Part shown: positions 42,401-44,974 of the stretch, in pieces
How positions within the stretch are numbered: the stretch's first letter is position 1
Layout of the letters: each line of letters starts with the position of its first letter
Source: Elusimicrobia bacterium GWA2_61_42
GTDB taxonomy: Bacteria > Elusimicrobiota > Elusimicrobia > Elusimicrobiales > UBA9959
Direction: 5' to 3'
Assembly: GCA_001799615.1 (NCBI GenBank)
Contig: MGTU01000021.1
Coordinates: 27,268 to 91,267 of the forward strand
Length of the DNA stretch: 64,000 nt
The notes under the pieces: generated by a model
What the model saw: only the letters and a program-made list of their open reading frames with translations
Told to the model about the DNA's origin: nothing
Databases searched by the model: none
Made by a program: the position numbers and the translations under genes

Positions 42401-44974
42401 TATGACGGTTCCGGCATAGACGCGGGCACAGGCAAGCCCTATCTGCGGGTCTTCGCGAGGGGGGAGAAGCTGGGCGACTTCTATACCCCGGTGGTCAACC
42501 ATCCTTCGCGCTCCCCGGTGCGCAAGGTGGACCTGTTCGACCAGGAGAACCCGCTGAACACGCAGACTTATATCAACCTGTCGCAGGTCCAGACTTTGAG
42601 CCCGCTGCCGCAGACGTACTTCTCGGTCTACGACATCGGCGAAATGGCCATCAAGGCCAACAAGGTCGGCATGATGATCCGCGACAAGTCGTGGATAGTC
42701 GTCAACGCCCCGCACGACGTTTCGCCCAGCGTTTACGTCGGCATCACCAAGGCGCTGCCCAAGGGCACGTACTCCGAGATCTACCCGTTCAACTCCAGCC
42801 TGGTGCCGATCAAGGCCGTCAACCTTACGGTGACCGGCATCAGCATCGCCCCGAAGTCGGCGGAAAAGAACACCAAGAGCGTCCCCGTTATGACGTTCAA
42901 TATGGCTACGCTGACGGACTACGTGGCGCTGGGCCAGATCAACCTGCAGCAGACCGGCAGCATCAGCAGCGCCACCTTCAACTTCGGCGACGGCGACCTG
43001 GCCGGCGTGGCCCTGTGGAAGGACGACGGCGACGGCGCTTTCAGCCCGATAAGCGACGCGCGCCTGGGCTACACCGTGCATTCCGCCACCAACACCTTTG
43101 AACTGGGGGTCTCCGTCTCCATCCAGGACGGAAACCTGCCGTACCTGATCATCTCCACCTCCACGGTGATCCTGCACCTTTCCTGCGACATCAGTTCCGG
43201 CACCGACCTCTCTGACTCCGACACGATGGGGCACCTGGCCGGGCTGACGCTGGGTTCCTTCACCGACCTGCGCGGCATGGGCGGCATGCAGCTGGCCGCC
43301 GGGCAGTATTACGCCGACACTTACCCGATGGAATCCAACCAGATCCTTATTTCTCCGGCCATCATCCCGCTGACGCCGGTCTACAGGCCGATCATGCTGG
43401 CCTCCAACGGCTACCCCGCCTATACGCAGGTGGATTCCAGCGGCAACGTGAAGCTGGGCTTCGGCAATATCCCGGAGACGGACACCACCTTCTGGGACTA
43501 TACCCACCCGCCCGCGGGCTGCCGCGCCGGCGAGCCGCTGATAGACATCAACGGCGACATGATCCCGGATAACTTCGACTATTACGGCTCCGGCAAGTGC
43601 AATAACATCAGCCTGAACAACTCCGGCCTGCCGTCCTTCGATATCGACGGCGACCACCTGCTGGACTTCGAGAGCAACCTGGACTATGTGCCCGACAGGA
43701 TCATTAACGACGGCACGGGCAAACCGCTTTACTTCATCGGCGACAACGTGCAGAACGTGAAGATGCTGCTGGCGGTCTCCGACCTGGGCGCCGTGCCCTC
43801 GGTCTGGGCGGCCAAGACCACGGAACTTACCGCGATGTGGAACCCCGCTTCCACCACCAGCGCCGTGGCCTATGAACTTTCGCTGGGCGGCAGCTTCTCC
43901 GACCCGACCGGCATTAAGAACGCCTGGCAGCCGGCCGGCACCTCGCTGGCGGGCAAGCTGACCAACGTGGCGCTGTCACCCGGGCATTTCACCCGCCTGG
44001 CCAGCCGCATAGACGTCAACACCTCTTCGTTCTCGGTGATCTCGGCGGCCGGCTTCGCCGCCGAGGGCGTCGTCTACGTGGGCAACGAGATCATGGTGGT
44101 GACCAAGATCGACGACGGCACTTTCAAGATCAACCAGCGCGGCGTGCAGGGCTCGTTCAGGGGCCCCCATACGGCCTGGGGCGAGACCGTGTCCGACCGC
44201 GGCTACGTGCTGAGCGTGCGCGGCCAGATGGCCGACGGCCGCTATATTCCCAGCGAGAGCGGCGTGCCCATAATGATCTACCGCATCGATACCACCTACC
44301 CGACCAACCCCGGCGCCCCCGAGCCCCAGGTGGCCAAGGGCGTGGCTTCGGGCCAGGCCTATACCCTTAAGTGGGACTCCGCCGAGGACCCCGAGTCTAA
44401 CGTGATGTCCTATGAAATACAGGAACGCGAGGGCACCAACCCCGTCTGGAAAACGGTGGCGGCCATCCCCGGCTTCAAGACCGGCGGCGCCATAAACAAT
44501 ATCTACACCATAGGCGACCCCGTGAACCCCGGCGAAACCCCCAGGCCGCTGGGCAAGTACTATACCTACCGCGTGCGCAGCTGGAACTTCGCGGGTATAC
44601 ATTCCGAGTGGTCCCCGGTCTCCACGCCGGCCGGCACTACCGTAGGCGAGGAGCTGCTCAGCAAGGTGTCCAACTACCCTAACCCGGTGGACCTGCGCAA
44701 AGGCGGCGTGGAAGGCAGGACGGTCATCAATTACACCCTGAACGATAACGCCGAGGTCACTATAACCATCTACGACCTGCTGGGTTATATCGTGCGGGAA
44801 TTTACCTTCACCAGCGGCACGGACGGCGGCAAGCTGGGCCCTAATTTCGTGATCTGGAACGGCCGCAACGGGCTGGGCGGCTATGTTTCCAAGGGCGGCT
44901 ATATAGTAAGGGTAAAGGCTTCCAGCCCCAAGGGCAGCAAAGTGATAATGCGCAAGGTCGGAGTTATCCACTAA
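9500..44974 (+). CDS. Giant secreted Ig-like repeat protein (11,824 aa), putative adhesin with FN3 and T9SS-CTD/FlgD-Ig-like C-terminal domain
   Basis: Uninterrupted ORF with strong codon bias. About 39-aa Sec signal peptide; about 50 repeats P-x-S-x-I-x2-P...ISGTA-x-D...YW-x-G-x2-W...RA-x-D-x-AGN (10793-31485); a second Ig repeat type (31486-38130); Ca-loop beta-sandwiches (38131-43370); FN3 (44297-44623); C-terminal SNYPNP...IYDLLG...WNGRN...GGYIVRV...KVGVIH (44648-44974). Confidence 0.93.
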   Translation: MALKGKDKAKSFATRLARAAALCFFSLTALLLPQAELYAADYEWGVKYAMYELHGRNWGSTAARTTIAFRFTAKYDGTVDEMNMIVGRAPNANQSMRIGLASSLGANAGAQTFLAYADVNQTGGNSGYAYWQVQATSGTPVNAGQDYYLIMRPNAMTSNSALQAGTMFGYSNADTKDAAGTNLIYPDGVADNNLQVYYSRSSVEPFSQVPNAMPTFVIRYANEGAGNRYQGQPYGAFPVSSDEALSTAEGGINTAVPSSLANVLTTESNIYGWRGVGYYFTADAATRNIVKAKIFLQKVGTPVDKLNVRVIRAAPPYAVVLDTTVYAGAADITTTWGWQPAAGKSFPGGVFTPGLSYYVYFFSSGSLNGNHYRVSLMDPKDYGGATAAGANLVTANGTADYYVANADVRNFAGFARPYANTYGDIPIALTCDNDPPEVVVTQPLNNSARKLMALIEGTAYDNYYIRAGGVQVSIKNITTTKVWDGAGWVDGEVNWRPTTAFSPSEGAVINWSYPMTWVHNNKYEINTKVVDSVGNYEGSWSTTTFFFDEYKPPPNEVPDSTMTFPSNGIFVSALDTISGVATDNSPNGRISLVKWMMWKLGSYWGDDKLWHAGLPPANVDTTWLNSDDGSGSYTVTWHEYFGSGQIPDPGQMDTGTTYYIAARAEDSVVGPTGAYDKNKEVVRSTFTFYWDAVPPTSAITYPQNSGVAGTSPVFYGTYFDQHAGMSPARGAAVKVKLYDKTAQLWYHATGWDPDEPTLLEMPEAAVWASSWTYSPPSGLTGAHEYLLVSIAKDATQPGNYQSSFVLGTSSNNFVCDNLNPVTSIGVPNTSFRNQLVSISGAAQDYPQPGQLSRVEIEIVHPADTPAFAWSGTAWLPIVEDNFSTYTYVSGGYPTWSYTPVGIGWTESIKYRVRARARDNIGNIDPLFTLGVNERQFRYDVSFPTTAVNVLVEDGVELATQTVNKLHDLTEIKGYYQDYPPASDGSWGGINVFIEKIDGKPLGDPFCWDGANGFWRSDVCPVKNAGVTGWYFDASDITWATGTARTDPLDPLTSYSAWSNGGVFRIRTEGRDTAVPGNTLQMAGNREKIGVYADLPYIDLTYDPKKPTSKLTNVPANGYANTLPVLEGTASDRDTTVNYVPRIAGVKLHIFDLSNTKTFNKNTLEWDEDDGDLLFDDDHWVDAAFVGYSSGTWSYNITDAKWAHGSTYRVIPKTFDDSGNYEVGLDTRTFTFDVYQPMPSEAPSSLIGFPPDDYHANTRASLAQVTGTAKDNPPIGKVLGLKIIMKRIVEGTTSYFTGGTWAAGDIPENASSWYNATAVTPPFDTSAEPYTYALPPIVDDDMWEPNVVYYLYTECRDWAGNYEHVRTTQTFVYEIKHPTATVTYPVTDGYVSSGGKVEGVALDTWPGKVNNVFVRIKRNVDSWYWDSANTTWTDAGAPDVWNDVSLHGTLSLNNTWWQLGPTTWETGQLYTVDAKAVDKAGNWQIVYSTALRVAADFAVPSSSVTYPANGDDLTTDLTLISGSASDALPGRVNRILLSYYKVTAPAGFWDRTAGNWSSAVELFYDGTVLVGQDKWQATGASTPTWVTTDAGVDYQIFAKAVDAANNEVVKPGSPALNSPLVQFKLRTPLPLSYILTPDGTLPHWKPNPSNSIVGTAIFSSTVQLRIVDYGGDFLVGGGDDLVYDGASWLPAGPPNDTLFIGVQSFDGSTWQHTLPSAHWNGNRKYNVKSKAWLNLIPENPGTGTDFIIDATPPAAAVSNPGQAYMKALTVLEGAVSDTPPGALQYTYFRVKRQLEEKFWNWQTSTFTALSGGYTDLVPQTVIGGLASYTTDYFVSGAAWEANQSYVVQFYSTDKANNLGTAAPMPFTLDISSPSSGLVVPLAANKGGIKSMPYISGTAYDFWRSTAVEVAVRRLSGTQRWYDGGGFNVSGAVPYWLDVNNTAGFLSPDATSWMYRPADLDGDLDTGGLYLILSRARDVAVNSQDQFTSNISSMVVKVDQSAPTSLIVYPADDTGGVSGRYKPGVVGQDDIRGTAADNPGVNYAGVSDVKVRLSYLEGVTTYYWFGGAFVAVSSETAWLNTALDGSSAPPWIWEYTGMVLWPAADKEYLLETKGRDLARDADDGVGGNGNVEAWPYSSRRFIVDGTPPSVVITTPSALALKTLTRIDGTADAALAGNRWTDIRISTNGTDGLKYWDDAAIPPGWVSADQTWNQSTTLGPTSWYYTVNPDMLKDDVVYTVSARALDYAGNYSVLFSTYIFTYDITQPAVSVVFPLNDTAYSQIKISTPLAGASLQAGQSSANTGVSTVAVQVTDLDGGPACFNGAAWDVCPAWLPAGGNVGSWNYARAALGFANDHRYRVEARATDFAGNDSSVASLFFRYDIERPTTTLTYPLPGLTTGFAYVSGTASDERFGVHLYEAKLSSYTVKVAVKRLTDPAGWWDLASGEFDGGNPNWYEANNSTTVAPNRFLYNLPAAMITKMTDPGNQDPAVTYRIVSWGYDLALNREFGAQGSEPLDADIPPGVGTNVTFDSEKPVTAITMPNVAAHNLVPNITGTADDNVRVSEVRFTAFLPGLGKYYNPAANPVWVEGTEDAAPWLAAQSTIYQTSAAWTYNIQTSTWVSGYTYRVRARARDDSGNYDTVYATATFLYDTAAPESSISEPAAGAHINTLPLTLVGASYDTHASGVNQIKLYVERLIGTVTYYWDTSSWQTTETYLPIAPPYANWTRLMEDSMLIDGELYKVYTDARDNALNQEGVGLKTSFVYDVSHPTAAIFYPYNNGFISATGKVSGGTYDKPNGTVNDVLVRVKKLTGTVDVGKYWSVNGSSWTVDNTANSVVSYGTLSPGATWWQLNADPYPWATNETYEMNAWAYDKAGNYQFIYATATNVTADFTNPVSTITSPLHGVTIEAEIDSVSGNASDANLEKVLLSYRKMDTLRYWNLATHAWDSVPELFYPAALIGNNWTATGASTPTWIAPLAGMDYQIFAKAVDKALNEVPKPGLPGPLSSFIQFTLKPPPPVSAITTPDLSVPHYKPVPAPQVIGTAVYATTVAVRVVDYGPDLVSGGADNLAWNGADWLPASVFTGFAGVDNYVAPNWQWTIPSAKWNVNRRYRVISQASHEVNLTVETPGVGVEFIVDSTAPSAGVTMPDKTYMRSLTALAGTLSDVAPGDAASAYFRVKRQGLAEYWNWQASTFTALNGQYTDLPAALAWNETLKTGTAQYTTGYFLAGLAFEQDRSYSVELYVNDKAGNPGSAAAFPFSIDVSSPVARVLNPVDANKKGLRVLDGISGTASDNWLNSDVQIAMQQWDNSNNLWYGFDGLSWDFNQASPYWISMKTNGSLSNDATSWMYAPGGLDGKFTPGISGYKYMLLSKAVDTAGNAQSQYTVDVSSVLITMDKADPSSVITLPLDDMTGAGGRYKAVNIGKTATASRFNGTAKDDAYDQNNSGVAAVQVRLSYLLSNDTYYWNQSNLNFSSWTVTAATAWAGCLLGGSAPNWTWTFLTDISWPAGDREYKLESRAMDDARASDDTGEGNWEEPVSRGVNVKYFIVDDTPPTVVITTPAASAVSALPGFGGDAAALIAGLNTVQVQVSTGTGINTRYWNGAAWQATEWPALNDTKLGPTSWYYTLSPLALKDDVAYTFVARALDYAGNVSAEYSTYTVTYDITGPLVSLSFPVNNTTYSQILLSTPLAGTATNNQTAAFSGPSTVAVAITDLVNSTCFNGASFAGCSDSLWLPAQNTVAAWTFTDKDLSFISDHNYKYEARSADAAGNYSGVTSVTTKFDLDIPTSTVTGPMTEYVKALTVITGTAQDERNGIRTYEASLGTYTVKMAIRIVGGNWWNGSTAFDSANPKWYEVAVNTAPYGSGDPVVGWQYLVPADVQGVMAGLSGSPPYLRSYLLVPWAYDLAQNREFGPGGMDPVNTDVPGGVGRILKFDNILPVSVTTAPANISYKRSVLSLYGVATDTGVVTGVQVLVKARGGFSATWKGTYANNLSDWDFSESTKYLNWVNAVYANGGWSIPLPALSPVNNSKISVWTRATDVAGNVENTPSDAQIIANLNFNGTPAYYFTFDDLIPETGVTAPDRYALSVATGIIAGTAFDAGTEPSNVSEVLVRLRRSDDKYWSFYNSNWTSANPTDVFNMDGTNNWTKGVPVTSQDDGYAYYVYHYAKDNALNNTSGAYFSTFTFIVDLTTPTSRITFPAHNSFIGSVPAIAGTADDAVENLQGWTSPRNYEAGISTDTGVDLAIQRLTDDKWWDGTGFGAGARQWKLTVFTGASSGTWVYNLPGGAIADGTTYYAMTRVRDLVGNIQTIYTTNYFTGDTTPPDSRATAPTGSLSNILVISGTAQDTLPGELLGSNMVRIALRKITAPQACYDNASNSWTGCPAFAYPNDRIWFTTGTVNDVRGQPGNWTWNTSAIGWANGHSYDIQALAIDKAGNVRCQADPAACPGQNSPDLTFSFVSPAANTFINTPDTEMGNYRGSTPAGVSDLQSIIGNGTNLRASGSVQIRIKRLKEPVAWWYQGLTEHYWLATDTYTFVNATAGAWSLGISGLEAFTVDNATYTFSTVGYNSANEAQSPPTNRTVIVDNTMPLGAVLSPGKPYINSMPVISGTAADPGREALAAAYREGMNRVLVMIRDDAGKYWNGQTFDTFMSSSNILADQTLNWSTATAVTAAMRDGRSYTVFGKPEDKAGNRDDNEGSAPSYSVIYDTTTPKSWIAQPAPLSILRSLDSIAGTAMDPAGTYGPLKSDLVRVELQIYEESTPKWWHHGTSNWSVTSSSFNAVTGTDNWNYTNPALPPRLTSGWYYILQSRAVDAAGNNQAGFINNISSLTFIWDVTPPVTFLVQPMNGENYKPSALTGVNALNGTASDAVLPYTTDHLSKVQMNLSYLDTGVTYYWNDASFTNAISSEAAWVEVVGTATWRRTFDGVSTLYGQSFGNWISDKDYTLMIRAFDTAAPLGVNGGNEQDPLTIARFVVDGTPPVSRVSTPTANSFIQGTLPEISGTSYAGRSGQAAFPNGLKLKISNDVAGDTYYWNGHTAQGWSSGTPVELPVQYTSSQSTITWRYPPATYDAPTILINSQDYTISIAGIDKAGNTETAAEITVTSDFNYPVISISTPMAGASSFYGPSRPTGLLTGNSADTPAQILPPIKIQLSNISEPGAVKPKWDGFVWTVVTSTWLGVSDLSPWTYPQPAWPSNKRLKAEFWAVDYAGNQVPDSTYTREFIYDVNKPSSTIAAPSAAFHTAAQVAAFSGGAADWINTSTEAMSGLTPDGIEIQIVEPSGNKFNGVGFAVGDYWRKTTFATTTFTNDGVFGLDIVTAANWTYPRSPDAWPPALVEKSTYTVRVRSTDRSLNTENYVEKSFCYDASAPTATITMPGNFAYVAMPVISGTLLEQASYPDPADGIQVVVQRVSDLNYWNGAVFEKDTANFPPDGFNPAVHWRNATTIGAASWSLAEPALNTYFNSLRASNASLQFRLYLRAKDIAGNQSRAGAGTPANPEVSFTVDPIVPSSKVTYPSSGAYVNAPITRIGGTATDTSLGVPSGLNSVRLRFSKLNLGGTRYYYNWVLNNWGTDSAAWIFTPVDLALDPWNRTIPASAFTGDSTNNGDGYRFEVQSETKDKTQVPNGGPNTEVLYATSTFVMDLSTPTAAIQQPPHLSYFRALSSLSGTSEDVVATPVGGPAGGGGIPSGLASMEYVLTDTDRLPNRYWDFNAGAWSASYVSSVTAPGASWTMAALPANFPPSAAASWAVTRSSATFLLKMKFTDNAVNVSSFTVNYSTFTLDLILPVSKVTSPGVEDGFQLVVSSIVGTATDFTSGISTVQVRIQQDTAQTDCTDTSANGRYWGGSAWQAGEKWLGVNSYTPGDTSWTLDTSAVVFKAQCYYVIKSSAVDNVSNGELNWGSRRFKFTPPPAFTRVTVPDNLKYYKAVTLISGTANADAESVALQVRRLSNNDYWNFGTSSWQVALTSASGIAPAGGAWTYNTNLPPLVSGSSYTFRAIGKSFSEVDESAPATNQVYFDTLKPEAFVQVPDSGQLYYNSLPKLGGTATDPPGATPPASGISRVWAEIADVNGPSAGKFWDNATSTFTAVWNQAGNQGVYYIAASSWTYSVAYPTAAYTNGVQYQVRAKSLDNTYNNSSPEGTESDFSGGNLFSFDVTVPTAVVTAVSAAQSRSGVAVASGTILEDLVIVNVGLQPGVQIQGIRVHLKDNNLVQYWNGGGWDSNPAVWAAAAVHQSSWSLSSLPAWADDGSYTVWAEASDKAGNTQTVFAGNGSSVTFTVDKAAPTLAVLNPAANTKISTVLSVSGTANDPNYGTNSGIAGPANIQAQVSYLLAGDTYYYDNAATFSSFTLSDTNSWWPATTWTPQGPSSGTWIYDPAGLTASMVPDKVYRFRARAQDNAIPVPNPAVLTANAVTNLNVIYDVTPPVSRITFPYDLARIRTLVSIAGTSQDNLAGISTLGQLGVSIAEKSPAGGHWNGVYPGTFTLTSEVFQPLSAASLAASYDGLTWSFTAPNLRDGYTYIIKVRASDDVTPANTEAVISSVTFTYDTTPPAAAITYPYTLPDSRGNLKALVTVSGTAYEQFVIRSASISVQEADTLLYYDTQFSTFNSLGQKWITAGIDVSPGPNYTWSVAAPPLTDNKNYNLQVTANDAAGNALTPGSPIVVRYDVSAPLSRPVLPVNNGFIKSLTQVTGTAADINSNPSGISGSQVKIQRNIDSLYWNGSTWGTEAWLDPMGGTPWTKNTQLPPSDNFSGLHDTRQYTVMTRAYDVAGNTQSVILAGNVFTFDISSPTAFVSLPLDGSRYNTLPQVSGTAEDLFNVNFPQVRLYDIPLNKFWMEGTGSCGGAALPGWVGPSCAAFPEIWNVALDSSSASGSFNWGYNSSALPWPDRDHELRVEAKVADQAGNYTFTSSTFSYDATPPGSRILYPPVNDLLYSSMTAISGTSLDLTSAVNEVRIRLWYLSGPSTYYWQPTAPHWSASDTGWQSIGGAPGPKATLNPWSYTNSDFSNPGTVNFAWKEGTHDGENGKTFQIITRAVDATTNEETTVSTRTFVFDNVPPVSAPVQPGIDTAYRNLPVIHGTSVDAVTTVASVKISILGQDEGGGQKYFDGSNFINVTETWLPIQPANLYPSSWSYTNGLLTLLDKRHYIVKSSATDSIGNVQNIVGQSRFLFDTTEPQSVVVSPVNATVYNDNKVVLGNSSDPGFTNGINGTGSGVYPSLPWHSGKVDALVFRDTEPFLASNGPIIYGAWDDSGYFWNGSTWAAAAAGPVWQAGQFTDSLGNWQYSGLVCPDPNPTNIPCWVRGDPYVSWVRVTDNAANTETIIDQGPKFYIAAPAQSFLVTVSADPMTAGSDINMSVTAKDGPNGTGNTAAAYQGLANFYLDGVPGGPEVMDTDGVMDNYHGLPQQYLFLPGDFGTRTFQMRARKAGGRVLRAEDNDNPAIFGTRNITVNPTTPDRVQVIADFDPSGQQPAPGRMDFGVEGSTGAPRTKPAGSNVPFLLQVTDMYWNLVVSSAASVYVSDTDTNNDSISADGLVVFTGSTTISRTFVSANSAGWGVTASGQGLYTNPRNPSSNVPVIAQAADRLLALLPGETRVQGKAYVQPYGKTGTPDDRLAGSTLPVTVYGVDPYYNTDITAAFQVSAAITSDPYDITPAPQNLVSGATVFVFVPVVAATQTIKTESSSLSPATSVYFTPNPVKVWWNRPAKLHLIPAGQALDAGRPPYSSNPSGGGKSGSSYALQAGVTTQMAVYLVDDYYNVVRGTTPFMVDVASNTPVIQVDFLNDPNIQGRGMHPTPYQKSLVAGATNFSVIPVTRNQTTGLSVRVTDTGLTSTFYSTDTVNGVIVNPAPAVNMLLLVPNEVAAEGVPGGKTGTAGPLVAGSTYTVSVRAVDTYGNLTTDGRMVRIISNDIYAVHPPAQPMAGGIAMINGFVPSAATNNMVIDALDDDSVTPKLSTGTDSGVVVAPGTASRLIVLLPTQYLVPGKTVPPYGVAGSISTQTAGVYFTASVYAADTRYNRVYGIAKSNIRATSDDAFAPNLGFFEMTDGSATITNISLRSAGFRTVTATDLSGSLPNLGATPSGTFLLNPNNPTKLRTMVPVETRVGGSTGNGRTGVVDGQQAGFPFTVTVDIADAFWNLTPGASQEIRLVCNDPFSIVSPSTQVVLGSATFTVTPKRAGPTYVRAEMVAAVPAWGPTLNVDTATLVNVAAGIPRRMLLLMPGETFDQGSPTGKVGSLGEQKAGTDFGVTVGVVDDFFNLVPGRPADVRVNTPSDPYAPAVSTAAINTGSGYTDLMYVNLHKAATHYLTATDYGSSGLSDDPQSSTFTVRPADPVGLQLLVPGQTAVPGSGAYPAGGKVSVISTQTAGTPFYVTVNLVDPYMNRYTDLTVGPTVYLVTSDIYDAETSSSALNYGTLQMQMNLVTRTSASTIKVFPVSAADNNVCSGNFGDVCLGSDAAAKASLKVFSSTATRLEVVLPGQGLAEGKCNISPPCRDPMISWPGRTGPPAAHTIGTGAMFASVYVTDQFYNRATELVAAAQDTNPVAVMPSVEISMPGDFKTLKPSPQTLSNGSAVFSIDARTALSSYTVVGATIAASAASYATGISTIAVNPGPPTHMLYVLPSTTVVAGFPFSATLIVRDIYENNCSTGPNVYLGTAAFAMVDQINPNQDSSLSAPTVPFYRSDLAVKDLPGWFTFRKAGVNTMGAYDTLNPMVNVTPLVNVAVLPGPPNIYRVEPNADVEVGAGSNDLRGQKVMTAQLSDAFDNNISSSGVPAYLDIAEVVGDTGTLQYQSGASWLYMGVSTIVYTDLNGQVGISTPMAYRVSSKAGDWARVWIGTTTVAGPAAYATYVAARQNVSGKMTTIGGVPSKLLFISSQPAATVGIQEVAGAGAPFTLERRDYFNNLTTEGQTDVFLSLPSAQVSIHTALGRTMGTFGTFGDYGFRGPMNDQFIPVASILPNQTNVSFRYHDRTSSYSGLSPALNTREGNRPGYWQIEARSGALQHAEHQLRVDPIDIAKVSFGNAQRTLVAGKITDNFGVQQHFKAELRDMFDNPSLATAAVRVAISTFTRQPSLVNDSFSFSASTVAAAAFPPVFASTVTYLDIPIDSYSATFYYLDTTASSVYGSTLTLRPLIKLQADDQPAWASSTQPVHVLSDFTYRVNVSLNAGQSVMAGTTSQMFAMSIEDKFGNPTPVASGQEDAIGAGVSFNMDSDSAGDVRFSAPDVSSFTVNPGSAKMALGESATSFYLIDTLTSHPTHQLTINTVMAKGWLPAVSSYTVVPAQPDHVYFHTTPRRLVAGTTLQYADFALNLTTPTVVSVVLKDRYENTTTTSSVATVRFSAVRNTTYGGIDPTESVLSSNPSWKLLKTNPLDLSIFPGQSFANIYIWDTIVGTATLTADASIAADFVTFPRITQEAYITPSTAAYFTLHHAYNLGNPLRVQTPGNVTLRVRDKFGNITTGDTVNGNYYTGKIKMATNSRGSADLRDWLANTTDYTFVPADHGERELLLQDTFVETLKVNVTDYHSTSIYGYTGDSARGMPVVSNADVVLSGLVITPTDMSPEDPLPVAKASIGINKYAMYQGDGVIADVPAPVPMLRLTMQTSPIGAPPAYMKSVQVKSSGTLAWSDMVEVAMYADNPTYGQIGAFDGETELGGAPVDIFMSSGTYDTGLMAWSFDDLAAKVSTAALVSNTPRNFFFAVRVSTLASTPRSFALVLDNPSFVVLNSTFVGVAYNNFPIATATSPVRNQPATIQIQGEDIAAWWQPTVGTTTLTLGRYPYVEQGQGRVGFLEIKAWTENFIGTIKSFKIIKTGTGSGADLRSVRLFLDSSGGDPDLGDGIFAASIDKEITDPLNPPLYDVLDPDTFVLPLINPGIDGAISVSTRSYFVVYEFGSDAISSMTHGARLENSGVNLVDGVVGAFQPIVSSTVPLYSTADIVYLVDVNKSQPNDFSKPSFVTQDDRDKAVVRLTMQINGSQGSAIWSGLKLDRWVTAAENGNTPVWNKVTDVKKISIWQDSSGNGLLETTGLDKDTEVLMIGPNLRTFPYDALKAPIMSTDTVIRVYDVQRFFATDSPFPPAPGRLIVNDGQANPDLKEVIYYSTVDVLGNAFSGLTRGAEGTVVPSSWPAGTILSGQAVLPMIGSGGALDGQAIYNVAKDYFVTYDIDPLANVSNFAYIGMAIRSTDYFMIAAPKLMSTANVGVTAPGKSLSLIGKVREYSDEVIVKATDTILGPTLQQQGVDQPVMAFTLETNVADAMWRWLTVYATGTVIQDGTAINDISVVKVWYDKDNNGFLGGSDVMVGSGTFGNTIYGPLTARVDFGTEQRIITALEAANSAISHRYFLTYDIRDSAMPNDALGNPRYLGAYLKAESLPQGSPIVDDPRKNALSLPNFFSAVNSNLTFVSRVREIISSPSTVTVLTEPIFSPDYSASKLSVRLADHVNTIVAQDSNWVVTSTVGLPSSGYAVVDNEIVHYAGTTAGALSLVTRGAFNSPIITHSSGTVLGGMIYQGMINYPFMQMTLTTSGYGVRWVGLKLSRKQPASLVGYDDDVAVVRVWKDNGNGVFDRDAATGLNTSDVIVGSGRFGANDPVGKATIYVKDPALNDQNYVVVKSTPILIFVSMDIDKASRFSNVLLSPQNDVLGVEIPFETNFLFGPENSGHTAQFLSPALSQLNALLPTLNNITLTPEDISPVSVTQNDKNVGVLAMRLVTDKTSARVEAIKLDRRGSANDSDIDLIKVWKDSNDNCILDSVDTSSSGAGVYPNLASYGNESFSSSTVNIALKNPIVVTTNPVCAFISYDMSQFAIIGSTAGLSINSTAYVTIGIPNTVTLTTWPVNTMPMVVWEIPSNVALGANDVANELVLAGGVNQAQLKAPMLRFNLATEAGNARWSAIKVQRTGASNDPNAPFGKNTDVKLITIYQDSNQNDMLDVNDVNISEARSIILNAFTSTDTLPFNLVLASTAGFPVSGRLYIEEAELVSYDGSGIDAGTGKPYLRVFARGEKLGDFYTPVVNHPSRSPVRKVDLFDQENPLNTQTYINLSQVQTLSPLPQTYFSVYDIGEMAIKANKVGMMIRDKSWIVVNAPHDVSPSVYVGITKALPKGTYSEIYPFNSSLVPIKAVNLTVTGISIAPKSAEKNTKSVPVMTFNMATLTDYVALGQINLQQTGSISSATFNFGDGDLAGVALWKDDGDGAFSPISDARLGYTVHSATNTFELGVSVSIQDGNLPYLIISTSTVILHLSCDISSGTDLSDSDTMGHLAGLTLGSFTDLRGMGGMQLAAGQYYADTYPMESNQILISPAIIPLTPVYRPIMLASNGYPAYTQVDSSGNVKLGFGNIPETDTTFWDYTHPPAGCRAGEPLIDINGDMIPDNFDYYGSGKCNNISLNNSGLPSFDIDGDHLLDFESNLDYVPDRIINDGTGKPLYFIGDNVQNVKMLLAVSDLGAVPSVWAAKTTELTAMWNPASTTSAVAYELSLGGSFSDPTGIKNAWQPAGTSLAGKLTNVALSPGHFTRLASRIDVNTSSFSVISAAGFAAEGVVYVGNEIMVVTKIDDGTFKINQRGVQGSFRGPHTAWGETVSDRGYVLSVRGQMADGRYIPSESGVPIMIYRIDTTYPTNPGAPEPQVAKGVASGQAYTLKWDSAEDPESNVMSYEIQEREGTNPVWKTVAAIPGFKTGGAINNIYTIGDPVNPGETPRPLGKYYTYRVRSWNFAGIHSEWSPVSTPAGTTVGEELLSKVSNYPNPVDLRKGGVEGRTVINYTLNDNAEVTITIYDLLGYIVREFTFTSGTDGGKLGPNFVIWNGRNGLGGYVSKGGYIVRVKASSPKGSKVIMRKVGVIH
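12812..21304 (+). repeat. Tandem 11-domain super-repeat (about 1,426 and 1,405 aa) inside the giant CDS
   Basis: Domains 1-11 of 12812-17089 match domains 1-11 of 17090-21304 in order, e.g. TGASTPTW...DYQIFAKAVD and YDLA-x-NREFG occur in both. Confidence 0.85.

Noticed and set aside
39610-44203. Prophage remnant
   Set aside because: The phage-like units are short in-frame modules of one host gene with uniform codon style. No integrase, capsid or terminase is present.
9506-44971. Very long minus-strand ORFs (up to 2,218 aa) inside the giant gene
   Set aside because: Shadow ORFs expected from strong GC3/RNY codon bias on the sense strand. They are G/R/V/H-rich and show no recognisable motifs.
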